A stretch of DNA of 64,000 nucleotides from Selaginella moellendorffii (GCF_000143415.4 NW_003314281.1:980833-1044832), one strand, 5' to 3'; counted from the first letter of the stretch, positions 13,775 to 27,984 are shown. Notes: generated by a model not told the origin, from the letters alone. Numbers and translations: made by a program.

Positions 13775-14012
13775 CGAGTCCTCGTGCCATGGTATTGGTA
13801 TGTCAATGTCGCTTCTTTTCTTTCAACACGACGAATCTGACCAGACTTTTTTTTAGGAGATTGGTGGTGTCCAGGAGGCACGAGCAAAGACTTTTATAAT
13901 GCGGAGAATTGTGTTCGTTATCAATGCCGCGGCTTTAAAAGCTCCCACGACGATCTCCATGATACGGTATGTGTTGTGTCTGCTCTACAGTGCCAGCAGA
14001 GAACTCTCACTC

Positions 14013-14549
14013 ATGGCAAAGCTTCCAGTGCTCGTCACTCTTCTACCAGCAGTGTTATCAGCAGCAGCAGCAGCGCTCTCTTCGTCTCTAACATCTCCAG
14101 AAAGCTTCCAAGCTCCGTCCCGAGTGAAGTTTTACATGCAAGACAGGCAGCTGATCGCGAACAGCACCGGGGTTGTAGTCGCGGCACAGGGTGGCAATCT
14201 CACGCTCTACGGCTTTGGAACTCTGATCGTCATGGACGATCCACTCACGGAGACTCCCTGCAACGATTCCAGGCTTGTGGGACGCGGGCAGGGCATGTAC
14301 CTGGTGGAGTCGAGGTCCGACTTTCATTTGCTCGTCTCCTACTCGGCGTTTCTTGAGACTTCCAGCTACAACGGGAGCTTGGTGTTCCATGGCTCGTACA
14401 AGGCGCTCCAGTCCCCGAGAGAGCTTCCAGTGATCGCCGGGACGGGGGACTTTAGAGGAGTCCAGGGATACGCGATTGTCACCACTGCTGTGGATCATGG
14501 ATTGTACGTGGTGCTCCAAGTGGACTGCTACTTGACTCAAAGAATGTAG
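14013..14549 (+). CDS. Dirigent protein
   Basis: Signal peptide; FYMQD, FGTLIVMDDPLT, VGRGQGMY, RELPVIAGTGDFRGVQGY. Confidence 0.92.
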   Translation: MAKLPVLVTLLPAVLSAAAAALSSSLTSPESFQAPSRVKFYMQDRQLIANSTGVVVAAQGGNLTLYGFGTLIVMDDPLTETPCNDSRLVGRGQGMYLVESRSDFHLLVSYSAFLETSSYNGSLVFHGSYKALQSPRELPVIAGTGDFRGVQGYAIVTTAVDHGLYVVLQVDCYLTQRM

Positions 14550-14685
14550 AAGAATCTTTATATCGAAAACTAAGTTACCAGATCTTTGGAATCCGCGTGG
14601 CTTTTTTTTCTTCTGCAAACTTGTTGGTGGCCTGGATAGAAACAACGTCAAGGCTTCAGCTATGGTGAAGAACTAGATGATTACC

Positions 14686-16281
14686 TCATAAGTTGAGTAG
14701 CTGCAAGCCTCCCCTCTGATCCTGGCAGCCACCGAGGTGACGCTTGATCCACTCCCGGTGCTCCGTGGAAATGTTTCTGGCGCTGGAGCAATCTGGCTGC
14801 TGGGGAAAATGCGTGCACGGCTCCGAGGACTGGCTCAAGTAACACACGTCCCCCTCGGGATGGAGCTCCGTCCCTCTGATCTTCAACATCCACGGCCTCG
14901 TCCTTGCCAGCCCCCGAGAGATATAGCCAAAAGTCGAGAACTCGCTCGTGGCCAAGTGGTGGGCGAAGCTCAGCAGCCACATCTCCGCCAGAGCGAGGCT
15001 GGCCTGGTGAAGATTGTGCCACTCGGCCCCTTCGCTGGACAGGGAGTGAAAGCTGACGAGCTCCTCTGATGCTGTCCCGTTTTGTAGAAACTCGTCCCTG
15101 AGTGTCTCGTAGTACTTCCCTTGGAGCGAAGCCACGAAAACGGAGACGTCAACCTGGTGTTGCTGCTGTTGCTGCTTCTCAAACTCGATCAGCGATGGCG
15201 AAGAGCTTGAGGATAAGTTCGGCAGAAGATGGTGGCTTGTGAGGCACCTGGAAACTATCTGGTTCACCAGCGGATCAAAACTGGCCAGGTCTGGTCGGCT
15301 GTGTGTTCGTATCTGGACCCCAACCCGAGACTTGGAGCAGGATAAGTAGCTGTTGTAGAAGCGAGAGACTAGGGACCATATGGAGTTCGCCGGTGCGATC
15401 GCGAGGCTGGAGAGTTGAGCAAATATGTCGAGCCGAGAGCCTGGAAATAAGGTAACTAGCTTTCTCCACATCCACGGTACCTTAAAGAAGCTGGAAACGA
15501 AGTACTGGTTGCTGCTCCAGGCGAGGGTCCTCACGTGGCTCAGTGGCTCCTGGAACTCGTTGCAAAAGAAGAGCTTATCGGTCTCTCTCTGGACGTGAGC
15601 AAGATGCAAGTGAACGATTGGAACACTAAAGTTTTTATCGATGGCTTGTCCCAAGTCCGGAGCATGTTTTACAATCTCTGGAAACCACAAGCTCGACTTT
15701 TAGTGTATATTATAAAAACAAACAAACCAAGGCTCACCATATGGAAAGTCAGCTGGAAGAAGCCATGAAGAGCCTTGAAAAGGCTCACAAAGTATTTTCC
15801 CAACTTCCTTCCTGGAATCTATCATCAACACCCGATCTGTGATCATAGAGTAGAGCAGCGCTGATAGTAGCGACAAGATCCTGTTTCCCAGCCCCTCGTG
15901 AGTCTCAACATAGATCATGAACTTACAAGATGAGTTGACATGGGAACTTTCTTCGAGGACTTCCGTCCAGTTGGAGGGAGCACACTTCCTGTGCAACTCA
16001 CCGTATCTCTTCCACGACTCTAGCAGCGTCGGAGAGATGTCAGCCACCTTGTTTGCCCTGTAGAGATGTTGAGAGCTCCTGCTTACACAGCTTGGATCAA
16101 TGCTGCCCGCACTTATTCTTGTCTGTTCTGATGGCATCGCTTTCCACACCCATAAAGCTCTCCAGTGAAGGATATCGACATCCTCGATGACGAGAAGGAC
16201 AAGAATCATGAAGCCGGACAGGCTCAGCAGCACTGTGAGCTTTGACGAGCCCAGATCTAGAACCCGATTGATATCTTTCAT
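14686..16281 (-). CDS. Xyloglucan fucosyltransferase (GT37), two exons
   Basis: N-terminal TM helix; GLGNRILSL, LCEPFQGSSWLLP, SNQYFV, VGVQIR, ALAEMWLLS, SEFSTFGY, SSEPCTH. Short intron ~15691-15735. Confidence 0.9.
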
Positions 16282-16432
16282 GCTTGCTCGGCCCTGTTGC
16301 TTCTCTCCAGGTTCTGCGAAAATTTTCTCAACGCGTTACGTAAGAGGAAAGATCATATAAAATAAACCAAAACTGCCGACTAGTTTACGCTGCACTTACG
16401 CATGTTGGAACCACATCAAGTCGTGCACTTTA

Positions 16433-17691
16433 TTAACGGAAATTCTTCAGCGGCTTTACAGGTTTCTCGCGTATTCGCTTGAAAGCCATGTAAGTTGTTG
16501 CTGCGGACAATGTATACCTGGAAAATGGCCACTTTTAAGAACGTAAAACATCTAAATTGCTTACCAGGTAAATGCGTAAGTCAAGTGGTCATTTGGCATC
16601 AAAGAAGTGCGAACGAAGTCCTCGATCTCTTTCGGAACAGGGAAGGTGATCTTATCGTCAGTACCAGGACTTGAGCCAACGGCTTCGATGTATGGACTGT
16701 TTTCTGGAAGGCCCACCGCTTTCAACATCGCCGGAACATCGAAGTAGAACCACTGCCCTTGTTCTGGAACGTTTAGCGGGACAAACATGCTGGGATTTTC
16801 ACTCTTCCTTACAACGCCGCAGACAGTGACGGCACCCTTCGCGGGAGAAATCTTCGCGACAAGGAAAGCAATGTGTCAGGAAGGAAAACTCGCAAACTCG
16901 CAAATTCGGAAACATACCTCCATTGTCGGTTTTCCCTTCCACCAAGTCCTCCACCACGTCCCAGTTTTGATCTTGTCTTGATGGAAGCGTTCGTCCAAGG
17001 TAGGCGTCACGACTCCTTTCTCAAAATCCTCGCGCCATGCTGCTGGAACCCATCCACGATTCACAAGCACCGCAGGCTGCATATCCGAGGAGCTGACGAT
17101 AAGAATCAGTGCCTAAACGGGAGCGAGAAATTTTTTTTTACCTCGCTGGAAGAAGTGGGGTGACGAGATAGTATCCCCTCTGGCTGGAGCCAAACAGTTG
17201 CTTCATGCGAGGGCCAATAAAGATAGACTTCTCCTCGTCATAGACACCGTCGCAAACAACTCTCCGGTACTCGAGAGCGCTCTCGCCGTTGGAGCTCGAG
17301 CTCGTATCATCGACCATGGCCAAGGCCAGTGGAACAGGATCCTGCTCCAGCCTCTTTCGCTTATAATCCAAAAGCTCCGCCTACATTACCAGCAGCGATG
17401 AGAAAAAATCCGATCTTTCAGCTCATACCTTCCAATCGCGTCTCTTGACTTGCCAGGTCCCGAGCCCGAACGTCGCCACACACGGCAAGAAGAGGAAGAC
17501 CACGGATAATCCCAGCTTCTTCTTCGTCGCTGCAATCGATCGCATTGAAATACACCAAAGATTGATCGATTTCTCCTACCCGCTGGCTCCAATTCGTGCT
17601 CCAAGGCAGCTCCCGCCGATCCATGAATCCCCCGCAGAGCTCCCGCGCCCAGCGCGGCACCATAGCGCTGGAGCGCCTTCCTCATCATCAT
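16433..17691 (-). CDS. SURF1: SURF1-like cytochrome c oxidase assembly protein (multi-exon)
   Basis: FGLGTWQ, EYRRVVCDG, GYYLVTPL, VLVNRGWVP, WFYFDVPAM, NDHLTYAFTWYTLS. Confidence 0.92.
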
Positions 17692-18533
17692 GCCCTAGAA
17701 GAAGACAGTATATTCTTAGATTATGCCGCTAACGGAATATCCAGCGAGAGATTCTGATCCGCGGCATATTCTAGCGATTGTGCTTGGAATATCCGAGACC
17801 AAGACGACTGACCGCTCAGTTTATTGGACAGTGCAGTCTATCGCGTGTCCATCCACAGTCGCGCACGCATCTGGGCTTTTCTCTGTGTAGCGCATTCCTC
17901 TTTAGGTTTAACGCTCGCGCTCTTCTCTCTCATTCCGGGCTAAGCACAGCAATAATCCAGGGATCCCGATAGCTCCTCCCCTGTTTTGGCGCCCGCGGAT
18001 CGATCGCGCCGGGCGAGGCGCCGCAAGAATCCGTAAGTGCTCGTCGATAGGCGCGCCGAAACGATCGGCCATTACTGCTGGAGCTGGCTGCTGATAGGGT
18101 TTTAGATACTCCTCGCCGATTAGTCAGCGGCATTTTGTTAGGTCTGTAGCACAGGATCGCGCTCTAGTCCGAGAAGCTCTTGGGCACTACCCTAGGGTTG
18201 GATTGAGCGAGCTAGAGCCAGGAACAGAGGCTGGGATAGTAGGAAGGAATTAAAATGCACAAGGACAGGGACTGGGCGGTATGGCCATGGCCGATTCTTT
18301 GACTTGCTTGGAGAATGCTTAGTCTCACCAGTGAGTGGGAATTTCCAGAGCACAGCGGCACTGGGTCCTCTGTTCTTCGCGGTGGATCATCGACTTTTCG
18401 ACAGTACCACATATGGAACATGGACCAGAGGCTTGTAGGATTAATGCCTTGCTCTGGAAAGAGTAGGAAACCCAAGAGCTGGAAAAAAGGATTTAGAATA
18501 CACGATGCAGCATGCGGGCGATCTTAAGGAGAG

Positions 18534-21500
18534 ATGCACAGGTATTCTACTGCCGCTGGTGGCAGTGGCGTTGCAGCTAGTCGAGAGGGTCCTCGATCCG
18601 ATTCCACTTACTCTGGTATCGGTTTCACAGCAACAGCAAGGCACGTATCTTCTATCTTTTCTTTGCAAATTCTTGTTTTTTTTTCGGAGCTCAAAGATCT
18701 CTTTACTGTTATCAGGCGTACTCCCCAGCTTACACCTTACAGGCTCAAATGCGAGAAAGAACCCCTGAACCCACGGTAGATATCTAGAAGCTAAATCTCC
18801 TCCGATGTCTTACTATTGTTCCTTCTAGGCTCGGACCTCCCGACTTTTATTTCCCTGCTCCCGATTGTCCAGAGGAGTCTTTAACGCGTGATACTTGCAC
18901 AAATGGATACAAAGAAGCGATTGAGGGGATTGAGGTATGTTCACAACGATTGCGCCTGGTTCTCTTTACCTTAAAATACGATTCTATCAGGAAGCACGAG
19001 AAACGACGTGGACCTTGGCTACGAATAATGCGCTATGGGCAAAAGAGAATATCAGTCGTTACAAAGAGGTTCTTTACTTGTTTATTTTGTTCTGTCGTGT
19101 ATCAACGTGAGATTCTTTGCAGTCCCTTCGTAAGCGACTGCGGGCGGTAACAAACGCTCTCGTTAGAAAACGCAAGGTACGTGCATGTTTCTGTGCCAGT
19201 TCGTGCTAAGTGGTTGTATTATTCAGGCAGGACAAGTATACGATGTTCCTCTTGTTGGAGCGCTGCTTGCCAAAGCTGGACAGTTCCCAGAGCGACATAC
19301 CTATGGAGAGGATTATCGGAAGAAATGGATAGAAGTAAGACTAGTAGCTTCTCTTGTATCTGCTGAAGTTCACAGTTTATCTTTGCAGGACCTGTCGCAA
19401 CGTAAACGCTTATCTTTATTGGCAGAGCACGTTCCACATGGTTTTCACAGAAGAACATTATTCGAAGCCCTGGTTAAGCAAAATGTGCCGTTTCTCCGAG
19501 CCACCTGGTTTATAAAAATATCTTACCTCAACCAGGTACTTCTTCTTTGCACTTCCTATACTGAGTTTCTCATACAGAGGGTCTCCAGGTGCGCCCGGCT
19601 TCGAGTGCTGGCGCTGATAAGTCGCATGGCAAGCGTCTGGAACAGTGGACTCGGGACGTTTTAGATTACGCACAATCCGTACTTGACGAGATCTGCTCAA
19701 ATGCGTCGCGTGCAGCACTGGCCCAGGCCTACGATTCTGTGCAATCTGTGGAAACCGACCTGGATGGCCATGCGAAATGGCATTACATTGTGCGGCTTGT
19801 GCAGTGGCAGTATGCGGAAGGTCTTCTTCAGCAATCCCATGTTGTTGAGTGGGCTCTCAAGCAAATACAGGTTCTCATGTGCGCTTGCTTTGTTGCGTTA
19901 ACTAATGTTTTTGCATGCAGGAAAAGGAATCGCTGGACGGTTTGGAGCTTTTGCTCCCTGTTCTTCTGGAGTTCATGGACTCTCTGTCACTTTCTCAGGT
20001 CCATGTCCGAATGTTGGTAGATATCTGCCAACACTGGCTACGGCAGCTTGGGGTGTCCAACGTCCTACCCAGCCCGGAAGAGCAGCCTCAACAATATCGC
20101 ATCGTCGTGACCTTTGTGGAGATAATGCGCTACCTGCTTGTTGCTGTTCCAGACACATTCGTGGCTTTTGACTGTTTTCCTCTCCTTCCATGTGTTACGA
20201 CACTGGAAGGTATGGAAATCGTCAAAGACGGTGACCCGAAAGCAGATACTACGAAGGGAAACGGCAGGCCAGGGAACCTTTGTCCGTATCGTGAAGTCTA
20301 CATTATGGAGGTTGTCGATTCGATACAGAAACGAGCATCATCTCTGACGAAGGCTGTGAATCCGGGAGTCCTCAGAAACAACGACGGGAAAGTTATACAG
20401 GCTCTTGACAAGTCGCTAGCTGCTGGCGATCTCCTCAGCGCTTTCCAGGCCGTATTTGACAGCGATTTTTCTGGCTACGACCAATTACCCGGTGAATGGA
20501 AGACCTCCAGCTCCAACTTACCATTTCTATCCGGCATGCTGAACAACGTCAACCTCTCAGATCTTTTTGCGGTGCGGTATCTGTGCGAGTGGGCAGTCTG
20601 TGACTTTCGGGATACCAGACAAGCTTCTAGTATAAAGGTATCCACAGGCATCAAAGACTTGTCACGTATTTATACTGCAGCTTCAGTCCTCCTACTTAAG
20701 AAGGACTTCCCTCCCGGATCTCACGCTAAAAAGGCCAGGGTCAAGGGTGCATCGGATTCCAAACTCAAGCGCTCTCCGATGCACGAGATCATCGTAGCAT
20801 GGATAGATCAACATGATTCGAGGAAAGGGGAGAGCATGGAGAAGATGCAGCTTCTTCTATACGAACTGGTTCGTAGGGGCATTTTTCATCCGGATGCGTA
20901 CGTACGACAGCTGATCGTGGAAGGCTTACTAGAAAGACGAGAGTCGCCAAGTGATATAAGCAGGGCGGCTCGTCACCGGCGGGTCTTGCGTTACCTTCCT
21001 GGGCTTCCGACTTTGGACCTTGATGATACCAAAGACACAGACGATATTCCGGAGAATGCACGACTGTATCGCAACGAGCGTCGGCTAGCTCTGCATGGTT
21101 TCCATTCCGACGACAAAATAGCTAAAGACCGAAGGTTGAAGGATCGCACGTATTCTTCAGAAGTGAAGGTACCGATGTCTGGTTCTTTTGTAACTAACAC
21201 ACTGGATAGGAAGCAGGTCAGCCGGAAACCGATGAAGTTGCTGGAAGTGAAACAGGCAGTATGTGCGTATTTACAGATTCCAGACACTTTAGCGGGACAG
21301 CAAAAGTTCTGTGCTGGCCCGGTTGGTATCCTCAAGAGGGTGGCTGGTTCGTCCATTGGGGATACCCATGGGTGTGAAGAATGCAACGGTAGCAAAAGGC
21401 TTAAAACAGGCGAATCAAAGGGCACAGGGTTTATAGCAGACCCCGAAGACTCGTGGTGGATAAAGAAGGTACCAAAGGTCTCGGATCCAGTCAAGCTGGA

Positions 21501-24500
21501 AGCTTCTATCAAGCCCCCAAAGCAAGGCGTCAGAGGGAGGCCCAAAACCGTGAGAAAGACTCAAAGCCTTGCTCAGCTTCATAGTGCTCGTGTAGATGGT
21601 GGCCAGGGTGCTTCTTCCAGTCACTCCTTTGACAGTAAGGTGCATTGCCCGTATCATAGGCCTGCAGCGAGTACCAAGCTTTCTCTGAACGACTTGAGGC
21701 CTAAAAACGACTTCCGTTCGATCGGCTCTGCACTGAAGCAGCTTACAGTATCTGAGAAGTTTAACTTCTCTTCATGGCTAGACAGAACGATCCGCAGCTT
21801 GCTCGGGGAAGGCACTGCCAACAAGACGGGTCCGACGGCGAGGTGTCAGCTTAGTGATGAGCAATTTGGAGCGGTGGTTTATATGCTCGACATGGTGTTT
21901 GACTACAACGTTCTCGTCAGGCTTCTCTTGTGGCTTCTACCTATGGCTGCTGGTACGTCTGGAATGTCTGCGAGAGCACCAGTCAATAACAAAGAAACGT
22001 GCGGTATCGGAGAAGCAGCAATTTTGTCATGCTTAAGAAGGTATGTTTTTTTTTTTTCCTTTCCGCTGCTAGTTTCTTATTCTTTATCCTCTTTATTTTT
22101 TCAGATACGAACTAGTGATAACATCTCTGAATCTCTTACCGGAGGTTCTAACCGTTGGGATACAGTGTGCTTCTTCAGTGATTGGAACCATTCCATCGGG
22201 CAGATCACAAATACTGATCTATGTCAGTGAGCTACTAAACAAGTACAAAGGGCTGATGACGGTACAATCGTGGCAAAAGACGTGGAGAGGTTCTTGCGAT
22301 CAGAAAGTCGCGATGGAACTGGAGGCTCTGAAAGTGGGAGACAGCGAAAGCGCTTTGGGATTCATCAATACCGTCGGTGAAGATCGAGATGATCCTATTC
22401 CTCAACGCCTGAACAGTCGACTTGCCAGGGTTGGAGCAAGCATGAAGGACTCAGTTCAGAAGGCTTTGGGGGAAGCAGTCTCGCAGATAGTCAGCAAAGA
22501 AAGAGAACTTCAGACGGCCAACTTTGCCATCAAAGACGCTGTGGCAGAGAAAGTGGAAGAATACTCCCACCGTGTCGTCACGGGACTTTTGGAAGCCATA
22601 AAACAGAACGGAACCGCTCAGACGGACTCGGGTCTCGTCAATGCTGCTGTGTCGGCCTTGGTTAGCAGCGCAAGTTCTTCCGCCGCTAACGCGCATGAGG
22701 TGCTGACAGCGAACAATGCAGGGCCTGATATATCACTGAGATGTGCCAGGCGCATTTTGCAGCTCCACGTCCGTTGTTTGCGGCTGCTGAAGGATGGCCT
22801 TGACGACCGGCAGAGCCGCGTGCTGGACGTGTCACTAGCTTCCGAGGCTTCAACGATTGTTGCCGGACACTTTGTACATATTCCTGGGAGAGCTCCCCGC
22901 TCCCAATTTCACCTCTCGCCAGAGACGCCGGAGCTGGGGACACTGGGAAACGACTTTGCAGCTGGTCAAAACGTTATCACGTCCGGAAGAGCAGCCTCGG
23001 CAACAGCACTGGTGGTGATGGCAGTTGTACATGGCGTTTTAAGCTTAGAGAGGCTCGTGACAGTTTTGAAGATAAGAGACGGACTCGAGGCTTTGCACCT
23101 TCCAAAACTTTTCGGCAGCTCAAACGGTCTGTCCAGAGGTGTGGCTATGGGAAGTACACTCAAGTCCGATGAGGTGCATATTCACTGGTTCCGGATATTG
23201 ATAGGGGACTGCAAAGCCATCGCAGGTGGCCTGGTAGCTGATATCCTGGGCGATGCAACTTTAGTGGCTCTCGCACGTACTCAGCGGCTACTACCGTTAA
23301 ACTTGGTCTTCCCAATGGCATATGCGATGTTCTGCGGGCTTTTGCGACGACAGGTTTTATCGCGCATGAGCAATGCGAGCAGAGACGACAGCATTCTCCA
23401 ATCCCTTAGCGTGGCTGTAGCGGACATTGTCAAGCATGAGCCGTTCCGTGAGGTGTGTTTACAGGACACGCGAGCGCTCTATGTCCTCCTTTCATCAGAT
23501 GGAGGCAGCTCCGACTACGCTGCACTGCTGGATGAACAAGGTTTCGATGCTCGATTAAAAGTCGAGGCGATGCTACCTTTCTCCGGTCGGCTGTTCCTAC
23601 ACTCGATACTAGACGGCGTTCTACCATCTTCCATGCAATGGCAGGACGACGAAGCATGGGTGAAGGTCCGTCATGTCCACGACCCGAAACATGCGCAACA
23701 GCAGATGGTCTTGATCTTGGATGAACTGCAGCCTGCAACTTTCCACTGGCAGTGGTTGGAACTCAGACTTCATCTCAACGAGCTGGTTTTCGTAGAGAAG
23801 ATTGAAGCTCATAACTCTGCCGTCAAGGCGATGCAAGCATCCGTGGGAGCGTCGGACCAACTTTACGAGTGTGAGAAGGTCTTCACGGAAAATGTACTCA
23901 CAAACGTGCTCTTCAGACCAGACGCAGGTGCATTGTACTCCGAGGTGCTGCATTCTCTCGGCAAACCGCTGGAAGAGTACATCATCAAGCTTGTGAAGTG
24001 GTCTTTGCAAGGCGTCGACGTTCTCTATGGGAAGAAATCATTAAGACAACGCCTTGAGCAGACGAAAGGGTACATTAGACCGACGTCGGCTCTGAAGTCG
24101 TGGGGCTGGCAACCTCCTTGGAGTGTGGTGGAAGCCGCCTCTCCGGAAGAGGGTGAAGTTTCTCAGGACAACGCCAGTGCAGCAGGTGGAAGCTCCAGAG
24201 ACGATGCTCTCAGCCTGCACTTTGCGATCGAAAAGGCCTTGGCTGACTTGGTTCTGCCATGCCTTGCAAGGAGCTTAAACGACACATGCAGCGGCTTTGC
24301 GTTTGATCTGGTGAGTCAAATGGCGGAGCTGGAGCAGCAAGTGACATTGCTGACGCGGTCGAGTGCAAAATTTTCTGTCGCGCCAAGCACTGCAGACGGG
24401 CCTGCAGCAAAGAATCAAAGGAGAGGAGCCAGAAGCGGATTGGAAACTGCAAGTCCAAGTGTACGTCGACGGCCTCCAGAGGCTTCTGCTGTTTCTGCTG

Positions 24501-25414
24501 CTGCGCTCCAGAGCTCGATGTGGCTGCGACTACAGTTTCTTCTGCCTTTACTGCGAATTATATACTGCGACAGGTAAATCCGTTTCATATGTTATCACCC
24601 CGGGCTTAGCGTTTTGTCTTCGTTTCTCTGTCCGCAGAGAGAACATGCGACTGACTCTCGCTCCGGTTCTCCTCCGGTTGCTTGGCACCCGTGTCGTATA
24701 CGAGTCCGCAGAGTCGTTTGGTATTCACCAGCCAGAGAGCTCCATGCTGAACAAGGGACAGTGGAATGCGGAGCTTGCGTCGATGGCGGCAGCAGCGTCT
24801 GCCGGCGAGGAGTTGTTCGACAGGCTGCTCAGCGTCCTGCATGCGCTGCTGAGCAACACCTGGGCAGTCTGGCTAAAGCCTCGAGGCCGAGCGGCAAAGC
24901 CTCCTCGAGAAGTACCACCTTTTGAACGTGAAGCTGCCGAAAAGCTCCAGGTAAGCTTCTCTTCTTCTTCTTTCTTTGTGCTTACGACTTGTTTTTCTAG
25001 ACCGAACTGGATCACATGCAACTCCCGATGTCTCTCCGCATGAGACTTCAAGCAGCGATGCCAGTGTTTCCCCCAGGCCCGACTTTCTCACTCTCGGCCG
25101 CTCCTCCGCAAGTGCCACAGTCCGCCTTCACGGCGCTGCAAGCCAACCTCTCACCGTCGCTGCACCTCTCGCATTCCCAAAAGCTTGGAGCCGACCTCAA
25201 GTCCAAGCCCTCTCCATCGCTGGACACCGAGACAGGTATGGACCCGTGGCTGCTCTTGGAGGACGGGACCGGACTCCCGGCCACCGTCGGCAGCGCAAAC
25301 TCGTCCACCACGGCCGATGGAAGCACTCTAAAGGCCTGTCCATGGCTCAAGGGTGCTGTAAGAGTAAGGAGGACTGAACTAACACACCTCGGTTCTGTAG
25401 ATTCTGATACTTGA
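18534..25414 (+). CDS. MED12: Mediator of RNA polymerase II transcription subunit 12 (multi-exon)
   Basis: MHRY start; QLTPYRLKCEKEPLNPRLGPPDF; LAEHVPHGF..RTLFEALVKQNVPFLRATWFIKISYLNQ (Med12 domain); plant MED12 C-terminus LWLRLQFLL, DPWLLLEDG, CPWLKGAVRVRRTELT. Confidence 0.95.
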
Positions 25415-26208
25415 TTCATTACATGGGCCGAAACGGCCCTCTATTTTCTCTAGAAATAATAGAGGGAGAGGGGGAGGGGTGGGGGCTCACTAACTTGGCT
25501 TAGATGTCCTGCTGCTGCTCGCGGGGAGATTGTCACTGACCTCTGCTTTTCAACCGTGACATTTCTAGCGATATCCAGGTATGGAAGTTTCGAGTTCTTG
25601 GGAAGTACTGAGCATTGTTTGTTTTTCAGGTTGGATGAGATTGTGTTCTCTTTTTTCTCTTTGAGAAAGCAGACAGGTACGTTTCTCGTCTTTGTCTTTG
25701 TGTTTGTTCTCCTTGCTTATCTGTGTGTGTGTGTGCTTGCAGCATCGTAAGATATAAGTTTTAAGACTGTTTGGAGGAGAAGAAGCATGTAAGTCTGGAA
25801 ATTTTTTTTTCCCGTTTTTTAGCAAGAGCAGTAATTCTTGTCGCTGAGAACGTACGAAACTCCAGCGTACGAAACTCTGGCTAATGGAAATGCTTCGTGT
25901 TATTCAATCCAGGCATTGGAAGCTATGCCATTCTAGATCGAATTGTGACTCGCTTGTTCGATCGTGACGTTGGGGATCGAGCGAGCGAGCAATGCGAGAG
26001 GAGAGGAGGATCCGAGCTTAGTTTAATTTGGACCCTTATTTAACCCCTTAAATACATGGATGAGGAAAGGTGGCACAAGGCGAAGATGAAAACCAAGACT
26101 AACATACGAGCCCATCTAATATGTATTTCGAGATTTGTGTGCAAAGTTTGTCACACGTTTGATCACAAGGAGAGATTCATATTCACAGTATTACCCTATA
26201 GGATGATA

Positions 26209-27984
26209 TCAAACTTCCCGAGTTGTAGCAAGCAAAACATAAGGAGCTGAGTCATGGGGATCGATCCTCCACGCTTGTCCCGCAGCTCGAAAGTTTGCAC
26301 TAGCGCTGTGATCTTGCCGACAAGCGCCCAGTACCGAGAGCCAGTCTCTCGAGTCAGCGAGAAAGGGCATGCTTCTTATGAGCTCCTCGGCTTGCTGGAA
26401 GTAGCCACAGCGAGCGAGGACTGCGAGGATACAGCCATACTGTTGCTTCGAGGGAGCGAGCCGAAAGTTGGAAACCATGGACGTGAAATGAGACCACGAG
26501 AGCTGGAGATCGCCACTGTGGCCCGATAGAACCGACGTGAAAGACGATTCGTCCGGTGGTATGCCTTCTATCAGCATGGCTCTGAAGAGATCTAGGTTGT
26601 CGAGTCCATTTCGAGCATACACAGCGAGCAGCGAGTTCCAGGACACTAGATCTCTTTGCGGCATATGACCAAAGCAGGATTTCGCTAGGGAGAGATGACC
26701 ATTGTTGGCATACCCCGCGAGCAAAGCATTCCACGACGCTGGATCCTTATTTGAGATTTCACGGTCGAACAGGTTCTTTGCTCTGTCCATCCTTCCACTC
26801 TGGGCATGCGCAAACAGCATTGTGCTCCAGGAGATGGAGTTTTTCTCGGGCATTTTGTTGAAAAGGCTCTCAGCGTCGGTGTAGCATCCATTGCGGACGT
26901 AAGTCAAAAGCATAGCATTCCAGGATGCGAGATCAAAGTCGGGCATGGAATCGAAAACGCACTTTGATTCCTCGAGCTTTCCTTTGGCGGCGTAGCCCAC
27001 GAGCAAAGCAGTGAGTGTGAAGAAATCCACGGCTGGCATCTGACGTAGAAGACCCCCGGCATCTTCTAGCAGTCCTTTGTGAGTGTAGGCAGCGACCATG
27101 GCATTCCACGAGACGAGGTTTCTTTGAGGCATGGAGTCAAAGATGGTCTTTGCGCTGACAAGATCCCCGTTCTCGGCATATGCAGTAAGCATTGTGGTCA
27201 ACGACACGAGATCTCTAGCGGGCATTGAGTCAAACAGACGTTTTGCCTTGTCAACGCACCCTTGCTGGGAAAAGATGGCAATCATAGTGTGCCATGAAAA
27301 CAAATCTCTCTCGGGCATCACATCAAAGATACTATACGAATCTTCTAGATGCTCATTGTGGGCAGAAGCTGAAAGCACAGCATTCCAAGAAACAAGATCC
27401 CACAGCGGCATCGCATCAAACAACATCTTGGCTTGCTCGAAGTTAGAGCTCTTGGAATATGCCGAGAGCATTGTCGTCCAGGAAACCATGTCGCGGCAAG
27501 GAGCAAAATCAAACAAACGTTTTGCCTCCTCAAGATGCCCATATTGGGCATGTGCCAAGAGCATCACGCTCCAGGAAATGGCGTCCCTCTGGGGCATCTG
27601 ATCGAACAGCTCTTGAGCAGTGCCAAGTTCCCCGGCCATGACACACGCACTCAGGATCGAATTCCACGCGACGAGATCCCTCTCCGGTGCCTCCCAGAAC
27701 ACAGCCAGCCCCTGGTCCAGATCGCCATTCTGGGCACACGCCGTGATCATGAGATTGAGCGAGAAGCCATCCCTGGGGTGGATCCGATCAAAGACGCGCC
27801 GAGCTCGATCGAGGCTGCCGCAACGCCCATACATTTGGAGCAAAAGATTGGAGAGATATGTGCGAGTGTGGGTGGGCAGGCGCTCCTGGATGGACCCAAC
27901 CGCGGCATCGGTTTCCAGCGCTTGCGCGAGGGTGGAGCAGGATCGAATGAGCCCAACACAATCAAGGACGCTTATCGCCCACAT
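26209..27984 (-). CDS. PLS-class PPR protein dominated by 31-aa S motifs, ending in an E motif (no DYW), intronless
   Basis: About 15 tandem repeats of type FDxMPxRDLVSWxxML.AY; C-terminal YGCILAVLARCGYFQQAEELIRSMPF...WLSVLGACR...DSAPYVLL. Confidence 0.9.
   Translation of the reverse strand: MWAISVLDCVGLIRSCSTLAQALETDAAVGSIQERLPTHTRTYLSNLLLQMYGRCGSLDRARRVFDRIHPRDGFSLNLMITACAQNGDLDQGLAVFWEAPERDLVAWNSILSACVMAGELGTAQELFDQMPQRDAISWSVMLLAHAQYGHLEEAKRLFDFAPCRDMVSWTTMLSAYSKSSNFEQAKMLFDAMPLWDLVSWNAVLSASAHNEHLEDSYSIFDVMPERDLFSWHTMIAIFSQQGCVDKAKRLFDSMPARDLVSLTTMLTAYAENGDLVSAKTIFDSMPQRNLVSWNAMVAAYTHKGLLEDAGGLLRQMPAVDFFTLTALLVGYAAKGKLEESKCVFDSMPDFDLASWNAMLLTYVRNGCYTDAESLFNKMPEKNSISWSTMLFAHAQSGRMDRAKNLFDREISNKDPASWNALLAGYANNGHLSLAKSCFGHMPQRDLVSWNSLLAVYARNGLDNLDLFRAMLIEGIPPDESSFTSVLSGHSGDLQLSWSHFTSMVSNFRLAPSKQQYGCILAVLARCGYFQQAEELIRSMPFLADSRDWLSVLGACRQDHSASANFRAAGQAWRIDPHDSAPYVLLATTREV

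Noticed and set aside
20991-21545. Long antisense ORFs over MED12 (and similar ones over the RLK, ankyrin and transposase genes)
   Set aside because: Shadow ORFs of real coding sequence with no independent motifs.
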